64,000 nucleotides of DNA from a candidate division FCPU426 bacterium. Lineage in GTDB: Bacteria > Oederibacteriota > Muellerivitia > Muellerivitales > Muellerivitaceae. A program made the translations under genes and the position numbers. Below are positions 25,672-35,719 of this stretch, in pieces. The notes under the pieces are model-generated. The model ran no database searches and was not told where the DNA came from. It saw only the letters and a list, made by a program, of their open reading frames with translations. The first letter of the stretch is position 1. Each line of letters opens with the position of its first letter. The stretch lies in contig CAVTWJ010000004.1 of assembly GCA_963738405.1 (NCBI GenBank), positions 1 through 64,000 on the forward strand, written 5' to 3'.

Positions 25672-27878
25672 GCGTGCGTATGCCCTCCTCCCCCCTCCAC
25701 CAACGGCTCTGGATTTTGGAATCGGTCATCTTTTTCGCGCTTTTAGGCGTCGAGGCCCGGTTGGTTTACCTTCAGGTCTTCAAACATTCCGAATACAGCC
25801 AATTGGCTTTCCACCAGCAATACACCTCCAAGGAAACCCAGCCCTCACGGGGCCTCATTGAGGACCGCAACGGGGTTCTTCTGGCCATGAATATCGATCT
25901 CTATAACGTTTGCGGCCATCCGGACCAGATTCAAGACAAGGCGCACGCCGCGGCGGTGCTTTCGGGGGTCTTGGGGCTCCCCTACGGCACGATCCTCTCC
26001 AAACTCTCGCAGGATAAATCCTTCGTTTGGCTTGCCCGCCAGGTTCCCTTCGAAAGAAGCCAGGCGGTGGAAAGCTTGAAACTCCAGGGGGTGGAGGCCT
26101 TCGGGGAACAGCGCCGGTTTTATCCCGACCGCGACATGGCGGCGCAGGTTTTGGGCTTTACCGGAATGGACAACCAGGGATTGAACGGACTAGAACGCTT
26201 CTACGAAAAAAATCTCTCCGGCCAAAAGGGCCTGGTCATGGCCGAGCGGGACGCGAGGGGAAGGCTGGTTCCCACCGACAACAAGCAGGTCAAGCAAAGC
26301 GTGGAGGGCACCAGCCTTGTCACCACCCTGGATACGACCCTCCAGCATGTGGCCCAGGTGGAGCTCCAAAAGGCCTTCGACAAGTACCGGTGCAAAGCGG
26401 CTTCCGTGGCCGTGATGAATCCCAAGACCGGCGAAATTCTCGCCATGGCCAACCTGCCGACCTTTGATCCCAACCATTTTTCCCAAGTTTCTTCCGACGT
26501 TTGGCGCGACCGCATGGTGAACGACGAATTCGAGCCAGGGTCCACTTTCAAGCTGGTGACGGCCCTGGGGGCTTTGGAGGAAGGGGTCGTCAACGAGGAT
26601 GATAAATTTTTCTGCGAGAACGGCGAGTACCACACCGATTACGGCCGGGTGGTCACGGACCACGAAAAACACGGCTGGCTGACTTTTAGGGAAGTCTTCG
26701 GTTATTCCTCCAACATCGGCATGGTGAAGGTGGGGGCCAAGCTGGGCAAAGACAACCTTTACCGCTACTGCCAGCGCCTGGGGTTCGGGGTCCCCACCGG
26801 CATCGACCTGCCGGGCGAGGCCGCGGGCAAGCTCCGCCCGGAAGCGCAATGGAGCGGCATCTCCATGACGACCATCCCCTACGGCTATGAGGTTTCCGCC
26901 ACGCCGATGCAGATCCTGCGGGCCTACGCGGCGATCGCCAACGGCGGGGTGATGATGAAACCCTACCTGGTCAAGGAGCTGGTCAGCAAAACGGGAACGG
27001 TGGTGAAAAGCTTCACTCCCCAAAAGGAAAAGCGCATCTGTTCCGAAAAGACCGCCCAGCGCCTGACGGCCATGATGAGGTGGGTCGTCGAGAAGGGAAC
27101 GGGTACGGCGGTGGACCTGCCCGCCTACCCAATAGCCGGCAAAACGGGAACGGCCTACAAGTTCATGAACGGCCACTATTCCAAGTACAACTATGTTTCT
27201 TCCTTCGTGGGGTTTGTTCCCGCCGACAACCCCAAGTTCGTTATTTATTGTTCCTTGGATGATCCCCGGGGCATCTATTGGGGCGGCTACACGGCCGGGC
27301 CCGTATTTAAAGAAGTCGCCAAGCGGGCCCTGTCCTACGCTTTAGTCCCTCCCGTCAACTCGGATTTGGAACAAACGGCCTCTTTGAAAAAACAACTGCC
27401 TTCCTTCGTGGGGCTCACCCCTTCCCAAGGCCGTTTGCTGGGCCAGGACCGCCAGGTGAAAATGAAGTTCACCGGCAAGGGCGCGAAGATCACATCCCAG
27501 ATTCCCCCGGCGGGAACCTACATGGTGGACTCTCAAGCCGCCGGGTTGTGCGTCACCCTGACGCTGGGAAACACAGTTTCCGCATTCGCGGCTGGAACGG
27601 TTCTGAATGGGTCAGTCCCGAACGGGACCGTTCCGAATGGAACAGCCCCGAATGGGGCAGTCCCGAACGGGACCATGCCTGACTTGCGGGGAAAGACCAA
27701 GCGGCAGGCCCTGGCTCTTTTAGCTCCCTTCGGGCTCAAGGTGAATTTCTCAGGCGAGGGAATTGTTCGAACCCAATTTCCGCCGGTCGGACGGTCCTTG
27801 AAAACCTTTAATGCCTGCGATTTGAGTTGCGACATTCCTTCCGTCCGGGTTGACGCGGTCCAGGGGGGGAAATCATGA
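25668..27878 (+). CDS. ftsI: class B PBP FtsI with PASTA domains
   Basis: RG.I.DRNG, STFK, SSN and KTG motifs. Confidence 0.95.
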   Translation: MSVRMPSSPLHQRLWILESVIFFALLGVEARLVYLQVFKHSEYSQLAFHQQYTSKETQPSRGLIEDRNGVLLAMNIDLYNVCGHPDQIQDKAHAAAVLSGVLGLPYGTILSKLSQDKSFVWLARQVPFERSQAVESLKLQGVEAFGEQRRFYPDRDMAAQVLGFTGMDNQGLNGLERFYEKNLSGQKGLVMAERDARGRLVPTDNKQVKQSVEGTSLVTTLDTTLQHVAQVELQKAFDKYRCKAASVAVMNPKTGEILAMANLPTFDPNHFSQVSSDVWRDRMVNDEFEPGSTFKLVTALGALEEGVVNEDDKFFCENGEYHTDYGRVVTDHEKHGWLTFREVFGYSSNIGMVKVGAKLGKDNLYRYCQRLGFGVPTGIDLPGEAAGKLRPEAQWSGISMTTIPYGYEVSATPMQILRAYAAIANGGVMMKPYLVKELVSKTGTVVKSFTPQKEKRICSEKTAQRLTAMMRWVVEKGTGTAVDLPAYPIAGKTGTAYKFMNGHYSKYNYVSSFVGFVPADNPKFVIYCSLDDPRGIYWGGYTAGPVFKEVAKRALSYALVPPVNSDLEQTASLKKQLPSFVGLTPSQGRLLGQDRQVKMKFTGKGAKITSQIPPAGTYMVDSQAAGLCVTLTLGNTVSAFAAGTVLNGSVPNGTVPNGTAPNGAVPNGTMPDLRGKTKRQALALLAPFGLKVNFSGEGIVRTQFPPVGRSLKTFNACDLSCDIPSVRVDAVQGGKS

Positions 27879-29368
27879 AAATCTCCCTTCTGAAGAAAGC
27901 TCTCAAGGCTTCCCGGTTTCTGGGCGAGGGAAACCCGCAAGTGACGGGATTAAGCGAAAACTCGAAGACCGCCCGGAAGGGCGACCTCTTCTTCTGTCTG
28001 CCGGGAGCCAAGGTGGACGGCAGGGATTACGCGAAAGAAGCCTTGGCCAAGGGCGCTTCCTGGATTGTGGTTGAAAAGAAAGCAATCTCCGGGATCAAGG
28101 CCCCGCAAATCGTGGTGGCGGACGGCAGGGAAGCTTTAGCCCTGACCGCCAAGGTCTTTTATCAAAATCCCTCCAAAAAGGTAAAGGTCATCGGCGTTAC
28201 CGGAACCAAGGGAAAAACCACCACCACCTTCCTGATCCGCCACTTGCTCGAATGGGCGGGCGAGAAAACAGGCCTGATTGGAACCATTTCCTATCAAGTG
28301 GGGAAGAAAAGCTACGCGGCTCCCAACACCACGCCTTCCGCGCTGATCGTCAACCGCCTCTTGAGCGAGATGGAAAAAGCGAAATGCTCCTACGCGGTCA
28401 TGGAAGTTTCCTCCCATGCCCTGGCCCAAAAGAGGGTGATGGGCGTTGAATTCAAGGGGGCGGTCTTTACCAATTTGGGCCGGGACCACCTGGATTTCCA
28501 CAAGACCTTTTCCAACTATTACAAAGCCAAGAAGATTCTTTTTGACCGGTTTCCTACGGTACGGGTCAGAACCGTAAACGCCGACGATTCCTATGGCCGC
28601 AATCTCTTGAAAAGCCTGGGAAAAAAGGGTGTGGGTTACGGCATCAAAACCAAGTGCCGTTACCAAGCCCTTCAGGTTCAGCTCCACCCCGGGAAATCAT
28701 CTTTCGTTCTTCAAGGCCGTTCGTTTGAGGTTCCCTTGACGGGCCTTTTCAATGTTTACAACTCCCTGGCCGCCTTGTCCGTTCTCAAGGAAATGGGTTT
28801 TTCGTGGGATGTTCTTCAGGAAGGCTTAAGCAAAGCCCCCGCGGTTCCGGGCCGGTTTGAGGAAGTGAAAGCGGGCCAGCCTTTTACGGTTTTGGTCGAT
28901 TACGCCCATACCTCGGATGCCTTGGAACAGGCTCTTTTAGCCTCCAAGGAAATTCTCCAGCAAACTACCGGCAAAAGATTGATCTGCGTATTCGGATGCG
29001 GCGGGGACCGGGACAAAACCAAAAGGCCCTTGATGGGAAAGATTTCCGCCGAACTGGCCGACTTGACGGTGGTGACTTCCGACAACCCCCGTACTGAAAA
29101 CCCCAAGGCCATCCTCAAGGACATCCTGGCGGGTATTCCTGAGAGGTTCACGAAAGCCAAGGGCGGGAACGTTCTGGTGAAGGAGGACCGGGGCGCCGCC
29201 ATCCAACTGGCCCTTTCCAAAGCCCAGGCGGGCGATTTGGTTTTGATCGCGGGCAAGGGCCATGAGACTTACCAGATTTTCGGTACCCAAAAACATCATT
29301 TTGACGACCGGGAAGAAGCCCGGAAAGTTTTAAGGCAAATGGCCAAGAGCGGCAGCGGGGTTTCTTGA
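27875..29368 (+). CDS. murE: MurE ligase (meso-DAP type)
   Basis: GTKGKTT, MEVSSH, DYAH and DNPR motifs. Confidence 0.97.
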   Translation: MKISLLKKALKASRFLGEGNPQVTGLSENSKTARKGDLFFCLPGAKVDGRDYAKEALAKGASWIVVEKKAISGIKAPQIVVADGREALALTAKVFYQNPSKKVKVIGVTGTKGKTTTTFLIRHLLEWAGEKTGLIGTISYQVGKKSYAAPNTTPSALIVNRLLSEMEKAKCSYAVMEVSSHALAQKRVMGVEFKGAVFTNLGRDHLDFHKTFSNYYKAKKILFDRFPTVRVRTVNADDSYGRNLLKSLGKKGVGYGIKTKCRYQALQVQLHPGKSSFVLQGRSFEVPLTGLFNVYNSLAALSVLKEMGFSWDVLQEGLSKAPAVPGRFEEVKAGQPFTVLVDYAHTSDALEQALLASKEILQQTTGKRLICVFGCGGDRDKTKRPLMGKISAELADLTVVTSDNPRTENPKAILKDILAGIPERFTKAKGGNVLVKEDRGAAIQLALSKAQAGDLVLIAGKGHETYQIFGTQKHHFDDREEARKVLRQMAKSGSGVS

Positions 29369-30732
29369 TGATGCCCTGGACGCTGGAGGAAACAGCGGCT
29401 CTGGTGAACGGAAAGCTGGTGAAGGGAGGTAAAGCGAAGGTGGCGGGGGTTTCCCACGACACCCGAACCCTTCAAAGAGGCGATCTTTACGTGGCGATCC
29501 GGGGAAAGAAGCTGGATGGCCACCGGTTCTTGAAAGAAGCTTCCGCTAAGGGAGCGGTTGCGGCGGTGGTGGATGAAGCGGGACGGAGGACCGGAGCCGA
29601 ACGGCTCCCCTTGGTAGTGGTGAAGGATACCACGAAGGCCCTGGGGGACTTAGGAAGAAGCCAAAGGCTCCAGTGGAACGGACCCTTGGTGGCGGTGACG
29701 GGAAGCATGGGCAAGACCACGGTGAAGGACATGGCGGCCCATCTTTTGGAGGCGAAGGGGAAGGTTTTAAAGACCGAGGGCAACTTGAACAACCAATGGG
29801 GGCTTCCCCTGACGTTGTTGAAGCTCTCCCCGGAACACGCGGCTGCGGTGGTGGAACTGGGTATCAACCACCCGGGGGAAATGGCTGGATTATCGGAAAT
29901 CGCCCGGCCGGACGTGGCCCTGGTTACCGCCATCGGGGACGCCCATTTGGGGAATTTTGAAAACCTCCGGGAACTGGCGCGGGAGAAGCAAAGGGTCCAA
30001 TCGGCTTTAAGGCCGGGCGGGCGGGTCGTGTTGAATGGGGCGGAAACCCTGCTCAATCGAAAGGGAAAAAACGTGACGACTTTCGGATTTAAAACCGGGC
30101 AGGTCCGGGCGCTGGAGTTAAAGCCCCAGGGACTCTTCACCCGTTTCATACTTCAAGCGGGCGGGGGAAGGGCTTCGGTCCTTCTTTCCATGCCGGGCGC
30201 CCATAACGTCTTGAATGCCCTGGCCGCTGTTTCGGCCGGGTTATCGCTGGGAATTCCTTTCCAAACCTTAGCCCAAAGGCTTGGAACCTTCCGCCCCAAG
30301 GCCAAGATGCGGATGGAAATCCAAAATCTAAAAGGGGTTTTGGTGGTGAACGACGCTTACAACGCCTCGCCCGCTTCCATGGAAGCGGCCCTGGCTACCT
30401 TCAGCGGTCTGAAGGGTCCTCAACGCAAGATTTTGGTTTTGGGTGACATGTTGGAACTAGGTTCCTTCGGCCCCCTGGCCCACCGGCAGGCGCTTCGGAT
30501 AGCCCTGTTGATGAATCCGGACCGGGTGCTTTTGGTGGGGGAGGCTTTTCACCAAGCCGCCCGCTACTTGAAGGCCGATCAAAGGGAAGAGGTTCTGATT
30601 TTGAAGGATTCGTTCGAAGCGGGAATGGCCTTGGCGGGTTTGGCTGAGGCAGGGGACGCGGTTTTATTGAAGGGTTCCAGGGGAATGAAAATCGAAACAG
30701 CGCTTTTGGCGCTTCAAGCAAGAAAAGGATAA
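29365..30732 (+). CDS. murF: MurF ligase
   Basis: TGSMGKTTVK, NDAYNA, GDMLELG, KGSRGM. Confidence 0.97.
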   Translation: MMMPWTLEETAALVNGKLVKGGKAKVAGVSHDTRTLQRGDLYVAIRGKKLDGHRFLKEASAKGAVAAVVDEAGRRTGAERLPLVVVKDTTKALGDLGRSQRLQWNGPLVAVTGSMGKTTVKDMAAHLLEAKGKVLKTEGNLNNQWGLPLTLLKLSPEHAAAVVELGINHPGEMAGLSEIARPDVALVTAIGDAHLGNFENLRELAREKQRVQSALRPGGRVVLNGAETLLNRKGKNVTTFGFKTGQVRALELKPQGLFTRFILQAGGGRASVLLSMPGAHNVLNALAAVSAGLSLGIPFQTLAQRLGTFRPKAKMRMEIQNLKGVLVVNDAYNASPASMEAALATFSGLKGPQRKILVLGDMLELGSFGPLAHRQALRIALLMNPDRVLLVGEAFHQAARYLKADQREEVLILKDSFEAGMALAGLAEAGDAVLLKGSRGMKIETALLALQARKG

Positions 30733-30738
30733 CCAAGG

Positions 30739-31827
30739 ATGCTCTACCACCTGCTTTACCCGCTGGCGAACAAGTTCATCGGTTTTAACGTCTTTCGTTA
30801 CGTAACCTTTCGAAGCGTCTACGCGGCGGTCACCACCTTCGGTCTTTGCCTTCTCTTCGGCGGCGGGGTGATCCGATGGATGCGCGCATCCCAATTGGGG
30901 GAGAAAATCCGTTCCGACGGACCCGCCAGCCACTCGGCTAAGGCCGGCACCCCGACCATGGGGGGGGTTCTCATCGTATTCGCCCTGGTCCTCAGTTCGC
31001 TCCTTTGGGTTCGCTGGGACTCGAAATTCTTTTGGATCGCCCTTCTTTCCATTCTTTGGTACGGAGCCATCGGCTTCGCGGACGATTACTGGAAGCTGTT
31101 GGGCAAGGGAAAAAGCAGGGGCCTCTCCAGCTTTTACAAACTGTTGTTTCAGTTCATTGGCGCCATCCTGATCGTGGGCCTTTATATGTCGGTGCTTCCC
31201 GACGATTTCGCCTACAAAAGCTACATCACCCTGCCCTTCTTCAAGCACCCGGTGAACCTGGACGTGCTCTATCCCTACTTCGGGGTGCTGGTGATTGTCT
31301 CCGCTTCCAACGCGGTGAACCTGACGGACGGGTTGGACGGACTGGCGGTCGGCTGTACCACCTTCGCCGCCATGGCCTTCGTGGTGGTCACCTATGTGGC
31401 GGGCAACGTGAAATTCAGCGAATACCTGAAAATTATCACGGTTCCCGGCGCCAGCGAACTGACGGTGGTTTGCGCGGGGCTGGTGGGGGCGGGGTTGGGA
31501 TTTCTCTGGTTCAACGCCCATCCGGCCCAGGTCTTTATGGGCGACACGGGTTCCCTGGCCCTGGGAGGGTTACTGGGAACTATCGCGGTGATGGTGAAAC
31601 AGGAGATTCTTCTCATCATCGTGGGCGGCATCTTCGTGGTGGAGGCCCTCTCGGTCATCATCCAAGTGACCTCCTACAAGTTCAGCGGCAAGCGGGTCTT
31701 CAAGATGGCGCCCCTTCATCATCACTTCGAATTGTCGGGGGTGCCCGAATCCAAGCTCATCGTGCGTTTCTGGATCGTGGCCATCATTCTCACGCTTTTG
31801 ACACTCTCCACCCTGAAGTTGAGGTAA
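30739..31827 (+). CDS. mraY: phospho-MurNAc-pentapeptide translocase
   Basis: GTPTMGG, NLTDGLDG, FMGDTGS, APLHHHFE. Confidence 0.98.
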   Translation: MLYHLLYPLANKFIGFNVFRYVTFRSVYAAVTTFGLCLLFGGGVIRWMRASQLGEKIRSDGPASHSAKAGTPTMGGVLIVFALVLSSLLWVRWDSKFFWIALLSILWYGAIGFADDYWKLLGKGKSRGLSSFYKLLFQFIGAILIVGLYMSVLPDDFAYKSYITLPFFKHPVNLDVLYPYFGVLVIVSASNAVNLTDGLDGLAVGCTTFAAMAFVVVTYVAGNVKFSEYLKIITVPGASELTVVCAGLVGAGLGFLWFNAHPAQVFMGDTGSLALGGLLGTIAVMVKQEILLIIVGGIFVVEALSVIIQVTSYKFSGKRVFKMAPLHHHFELSGVPESKLIVRFWIVAIILTLLTLSTLKLR

Positions 31828-31836
31828 CAGGAACCC

Positions 31837-33219
31837 ATGATCAACGTGAACGGAAAACAAGTGGCGGTTCTGGGGCTGGGCCGGTCGGGATTCGCCGCCG
31901 CCAAGCTCCTCTCCCTCCATGGCGCCCAGGTGGTCATCCTGGACGACAAGAGCCCCGAAAAGCTCTCGGCTTGGATCGAGAAGGCGAAGGGCCTCGCCCG
32001 TACCCGCTTGGCCCTGGGGGGAGGGAACATGGGTGAACTTACCGCCTGCGACCTCGTGGTGACCTCCCCCGGCGTGCCCATCAACCATCCGATACTCGAA
32101 AGAGCCGTTGAGAAGGGCCTGCCAGTCGTGGGTGAAATGGAGTTGGCTTTCGGCTATTGCGCGGCCCCGGTGGCGGCTGTGACGGGAACCAACGGGAAAA
32201 CCACCACCACCACCCTCCTCACCCAAATGATCCTTCAAGGGGGCCGCAAGGCCGTGGCCTGCGGGAATATCGGGAAAGCCTTCTCGGAGGCGGTGTTTGA
32301 GCTGGGCGCGGAGGATCTGGCGGTTTTGGAAGTCTCCAGCTTCCAATTGGAAACCATCCAGGAATTTCACCCGAAAATCGCCGCCATCCTCAATGTCACT
32401 CCGGACCACCTGGACCGGCACGGCTCCATGCAGGCCTATGTCCAGGCCAAGGGGCGGATCTTCGAGAAGCAAACCGGGGGGGATGCCGTCCTCTTGAACG
32501 CCTCCGACAAATACACGCCGATCTTTTCTTCCATGGTCCAAAGTTCCCTTTACCAGTTTGGTTTTCCCAAGGAGGGCCGGGACGACGGCAAGCCGGGCTG
32601 CTACGCCGCCGGCTCCCACATCGAACTCTTGGGACGGAAACTTTTCAAGATTTCCGACCTGCGGATTCCCGGCCCCCACAACGTGGAAAACGCCTGCGCG
32701 GCGGCCCTGGCGGCCTCCTTGGCGGGTACGAGCGATGAGGCCCTCACCCAAACCCTTTTCTCTTTTGAGGGCGTGGAGCACCGGCTGGAAGCCGCTGGTG
32801 AAATAGGCGGGGTGCGTTTTGTGAATGACTCCAAGGGCACCAACGTGGATTCGGTGGTGAAGGCCCTGGAAAGTTTTCCCAAGCCCATTGTTTTGATCCT
32901 GGGCGGACGGGACAAGGCCGGGGATTTCACCCGATTGATCCCCCTGATCACGGAAAAGGTGACCCGAGTGGTGGCCTTCGGCGAGTGCAAGACCAAGGTG
33001 GCGGCCCAGTTATCCACGGCGACCACCGTCGTGGAAGCCGGTTCCTTGGAGGAGACGGTTAAGGGGGCCTTGGCGGCCAGTGAAAAGGGAGGAACGGTTC
33101 TTTTTTCTCCCGGGTGCGCCAGTTTCGACATGTTTGAGAACTACGAGGATCGGGGCCGTCAGTTCAAGACCCTGGTTAAAAAGTTGAGCGAGTCGCGCCT
33201 CGGCGCGGCCCGAACGTAA
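31837..33219 (+). CDS. murD: MurD ligase
   Basis: GTNGKTT, EVSSFQL, NDSKGTN, SFDMF. Confidence 0.97.
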   Translation: MINVNGKQVAVLGLGRSGFAAAKLLSLHGAQVVILDDKSPEKLSAWIEKAKGLARTRLALGGGNMGELTACDLVVTSPGVPINHPILERAVEKGLPVVGEMELAFGYCAAPVAAVTGTNGKTTTTTLLTQMILQGGRKAVACGNIGKAFSEAVFELGAEDLAVLEVSSFQLETIQEFHPKIAAILNVTPDHLDRHGSMQAYVQAKGRIFEKQTGGDAVLLNASDKYTPIFSSMVQSSLYQFGFPKEGRDDGKPGCYAAGSHIELLGRKLFKISDLRIPGPHNVENACAAALAASLAGTSDEALTQTLFSFEGVEHRLEAAGEIGGVRFVNDSKGTNVDSVVKALESFPKPIVLILGGRDKAGDFTRLIPLITEKVTRVVAFGECKTKVAAQLSTATTVVEAGSLEETVKGALAASEKGGTVLFSPGCASFDMFENYEDRGRQFKTLVKKLSESRLGAART

Positions 33220-33232
33220 CAAAGGAGAAAGT

Positions 33233-33439
33233 ATGTTCATCATCCGCTTGGACGAAAAAGAATCGAAACGCATCCATGCCGCCGTCCAATCGGGAAGGGA
33301 GGTTTCATTTTTGCGCTCGGATTCTGACAGCACCACCTACCACACCTTTTCCACACCTACTACGCCTTGGTCGGAATCCGAACGGAAGGATGAAATTCCC
33401 TATGTGGAGGCCTTTAAGGCCTTGAAGGAGAAAAGGTGA
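33233..33439 (+). CDS. 68-aa hypothetical protein inside the dcw cluster
   Basis: AAGGAG RBS; stop overlaps the ftsW start (GTGA). Confidence 0.65.
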   Translation: MFIIRLDEKESKRIHAAVQSGREVSFLRSDSDSTTYHTFSTPTTPWSESERKDEIPYVEAFKALKEKR

Positions 33440-34587
33440 GACGCTCCAACCCCATCCAGTCTTCCCCGGACTTCCTTTTGTTTTTACTGACGGTGGTCCT
33501 GGTCACCGCGGGGCTCATCATGGTTTACAGCTCCTCGGCCATCCTGGCCCATGACCGCTATGGAAGCTCCTATTACTTCTTTCTGCGCCAGCTGCTTTGG
33601 GTGGGGGTGGGCGGTTTGGGACTATGGTTCTCCTCCCGGATGGATCTCGAGTCCTTAAGGGCCCTGGCCATCCCAGCCCTCTTTGTCGCCCTTATGTTGA
33701 TGCTGTTGGTTTGCGTGCCGGGATTGGGCCGTACGGTGGGCGGGGCGCAAAGGTGGTTCCGGTTAGGGCCCTTTTCTTTCCAGCCATCCGAAGTCTTCAA
33801 GATCGCCCTGGTTTTTTACCTGGCTGATTCCCTGGACCGCCGAAGCGGTCAATTGGCCCAAATATCAGGCCTTTTGCCTTATTTCGCGATTCTCGGGATC
33901 GGCATGGTGCTCTTGGAAAAACAGCACGATTTCGGTACGGCGGTGCTTTTGGCCCTGGTCACCCTGCAACTGATGCTTTTGGCCGGGATGCAATGGAAGT
34001 TTTTCATGATTCCCACGGCCATCCTGATTCCCACCTTTACCTTTCTCGTGGAATCGGCCAGCTACCGCATGAAACGTATCACGGCTTTCCTGAATCCCTG
34101 GGAGGATCCCCAGGGGGCGGGCTTTCAGCTCATTCAAAGCCTCATCGCGGTGGGCAACGGCGGGCCCTTCGGAGTGGGTCTTTCCAACAGCACCCAGAAG
34201 CTTTTTTACCTGCCGGCGCCCCACACCGATTTTATTTTCGCGGTCATCGCCGAGGAACTGGGACTTTGGGGCGCTGGGACCCTGGTGTTTCTTTTCGCGG
34301 TTTTTATTTTGAGGGGCTTCAAGGTGGCGGCCATAGCGGGGCAGAGGGAAAACGGACTCTTCAAAGCCCTTCTGGCCTCCGGCATCACGGGCTTGATCGG
34401 TTTCCAGGCGATCGTGAACCTGGGGGTGGTGACGGGACTTCTCCCCACCAAGGGCATTCCCCTTCCCCTCATCTCTTACGGCGGGTCTTCCATGGTTTTC
34501 ACGCTTTTTTCCATCGGGATCCTCTTCAATATTTCCCGAGAGACGAAAATCGCGTCGCCTTTCGGGACCAAGGTCGTGACGGCGTGA
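33436..34587 (+). CDS. ftsW: SEDS glycosyltransferase FtsW
   Basis: QPSE, HTDFIF and LPLISYGGSS motifs. Confidence 0.97.
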   Translation: MRRSNPIQSSPDFLLFLLTVVLVTAGLIMVYSSSAILAHDRYGSSYYFFLRQLLWVGVGGLGLWFSSRMDLESLRALAIPALFVALMLMLLVCVPGLGRTVGGAQRWFRLGPFSFQPSEVFKIALVFYLADSLDRRSGQLAQISGLLPYFAILGIGMVLLEKQHDFGTAVLLALVTLQLMLLAGMQWKFFMIPTAILIPTFTFLVESASYRMKRITAFLNPWEDPQGAGFQLIQSLIAVGNGGPFGVGLSNSTQKLFYLPAPHTDFIFAVIAEELGLWGAGTLVFLFAVFILRGFKVAAIAGQRENGLFKALLASGITGLIGFQAIVNLGVVTGLLPTKGIPLPLISYGGSSMVFTLFSIGILFNISRETKIASPFGTKVVTA

Positions 34588-34618
34588 GGCGCTTGGACGA
34601 AAGAAAAAGGGAATCGCT

Positions 34619-35719
34619 TTGAAAATGATCCTGACGGGAGGCGGGACGGGAGGACACGTGTTCCCCGGCATCGCGGTGGCGAAAGAACTGATGAAGCATC
34701 CGGAGGTTGAATTGCTTTACGTGGGAAAAATAAATGGGCCCGAGGCCAAGTGGGTTCCGGAGGCGGGGATTCCCTTTCGGGGTATCCCCGCCTCCGGAAT
34801 GCCCCGCTCCCTCTCCCCCAAGCTCCCGACCTTTTTCTGGGACTTGGTCCGGGGGTTAGGACGTTCATGGAAGCTGGTCAGGGAAGTCCGCCCGGACGTT
34901 GTTTTTTCCACGGGCGGGTATGTGTCGGTGCCGGTGTGCCTGGCGGCGGCCCTGCAAGGGGTGCCGGTAGGGCTTTTCGAACCCAACGTGCAACCGGGCC
35001 TGGCGGCCCGACTGTTGGGCTTCTTCGCTCAAAGGGTTTTCGTTGGTTTTTCGGAAACCCTTACTCACTTTTCGAAAAGGAGGTCGGAATGGACAGGAAT
35101 TCCGGTCAGGGAAGAAATTTTGTCGGCGGAAAAGAAAAAATCGAGGGAGGCCTTCGGATTGAACCCCGAAACACCCACCCTCTTGATGCTGGGAGGGTCC
35201 CAGGGAGCTCTGGCCCTCAACCGGCTGATGGTGCAGCTGCTTCGGTTCCTGGGGCAGGGGGACCAGGCGGTGCAGGCCATCTTCATGACGGGATGGGCCG
35301 ATTACAAACCGACGGTGGACCAGCTGGAAAAATGTCCCTTGAAAATGGTTTTGAGGCCCTTTATCGCCAATATTCACGAAGCCTACGCGGCCAGCGACCT
35401 GGTGGTGAGCCGGTCGGGCGCCATGACCTGCGGGGAACTCACAAGCCGGAGCCTACCCGCCCTATTTATTCCATATCCCCACGCTTCCGCTCATCAGGAG
35501 AAGAACGCGCGGGCGCTGGAGAAAGCGGGAGCGGCCCTGGTGTTCAAGGAAGAGGCGTTGGACGAGGAAACCCTCTGTCAGACCGTGATCTCCCTGCTTT
35601 CGGATAACGGGAAGCTTCAGGCGATGGGTCAGGCCTCGGGAAAATTAGCCCGGCCCAAGGCCGCCTGGCAGATTACGGAAGGCCTTTTAGGCCTGGCCCA
35701 ACAAAGGAAAACCGCATGA
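34619..35719 (+). CDS. murG: MurG
   Basis: GGGTGGHVFP, GGYVS, GGSQGA. Confidence 0.97.
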   Translation: MKMILTGGGTGGHVFPGIAVAKELMKHPEVELLYVGKINGPEAKWVPEAGIPFRGIPASGMPRSLSPKLPTFFWDLVRGLGRSWKLVREVRPDVVFSTGGYVSVPVCLAAALQGVPVGLFEPNVQPGLAARLLGFFAQRVFVGFSETLTHFSKRRSEWTGIPVREEILSAEKKKSREAFGLNPETPTLLMLGGSQGALALNRLMVQLLRFLGQGDQAVQAIFMTGWADYKPTVDQLEKCPLKMVLRPFIANIHEAYAASDLVVSRSGAMTCGELTSRSLPALFIPYPHASAHQEKNARALEKAGAALVFKEEALDEETLCQTVISLLSDNGKLQAMGQASGKLARPKAAWQITEGLLGLAQQRKTA

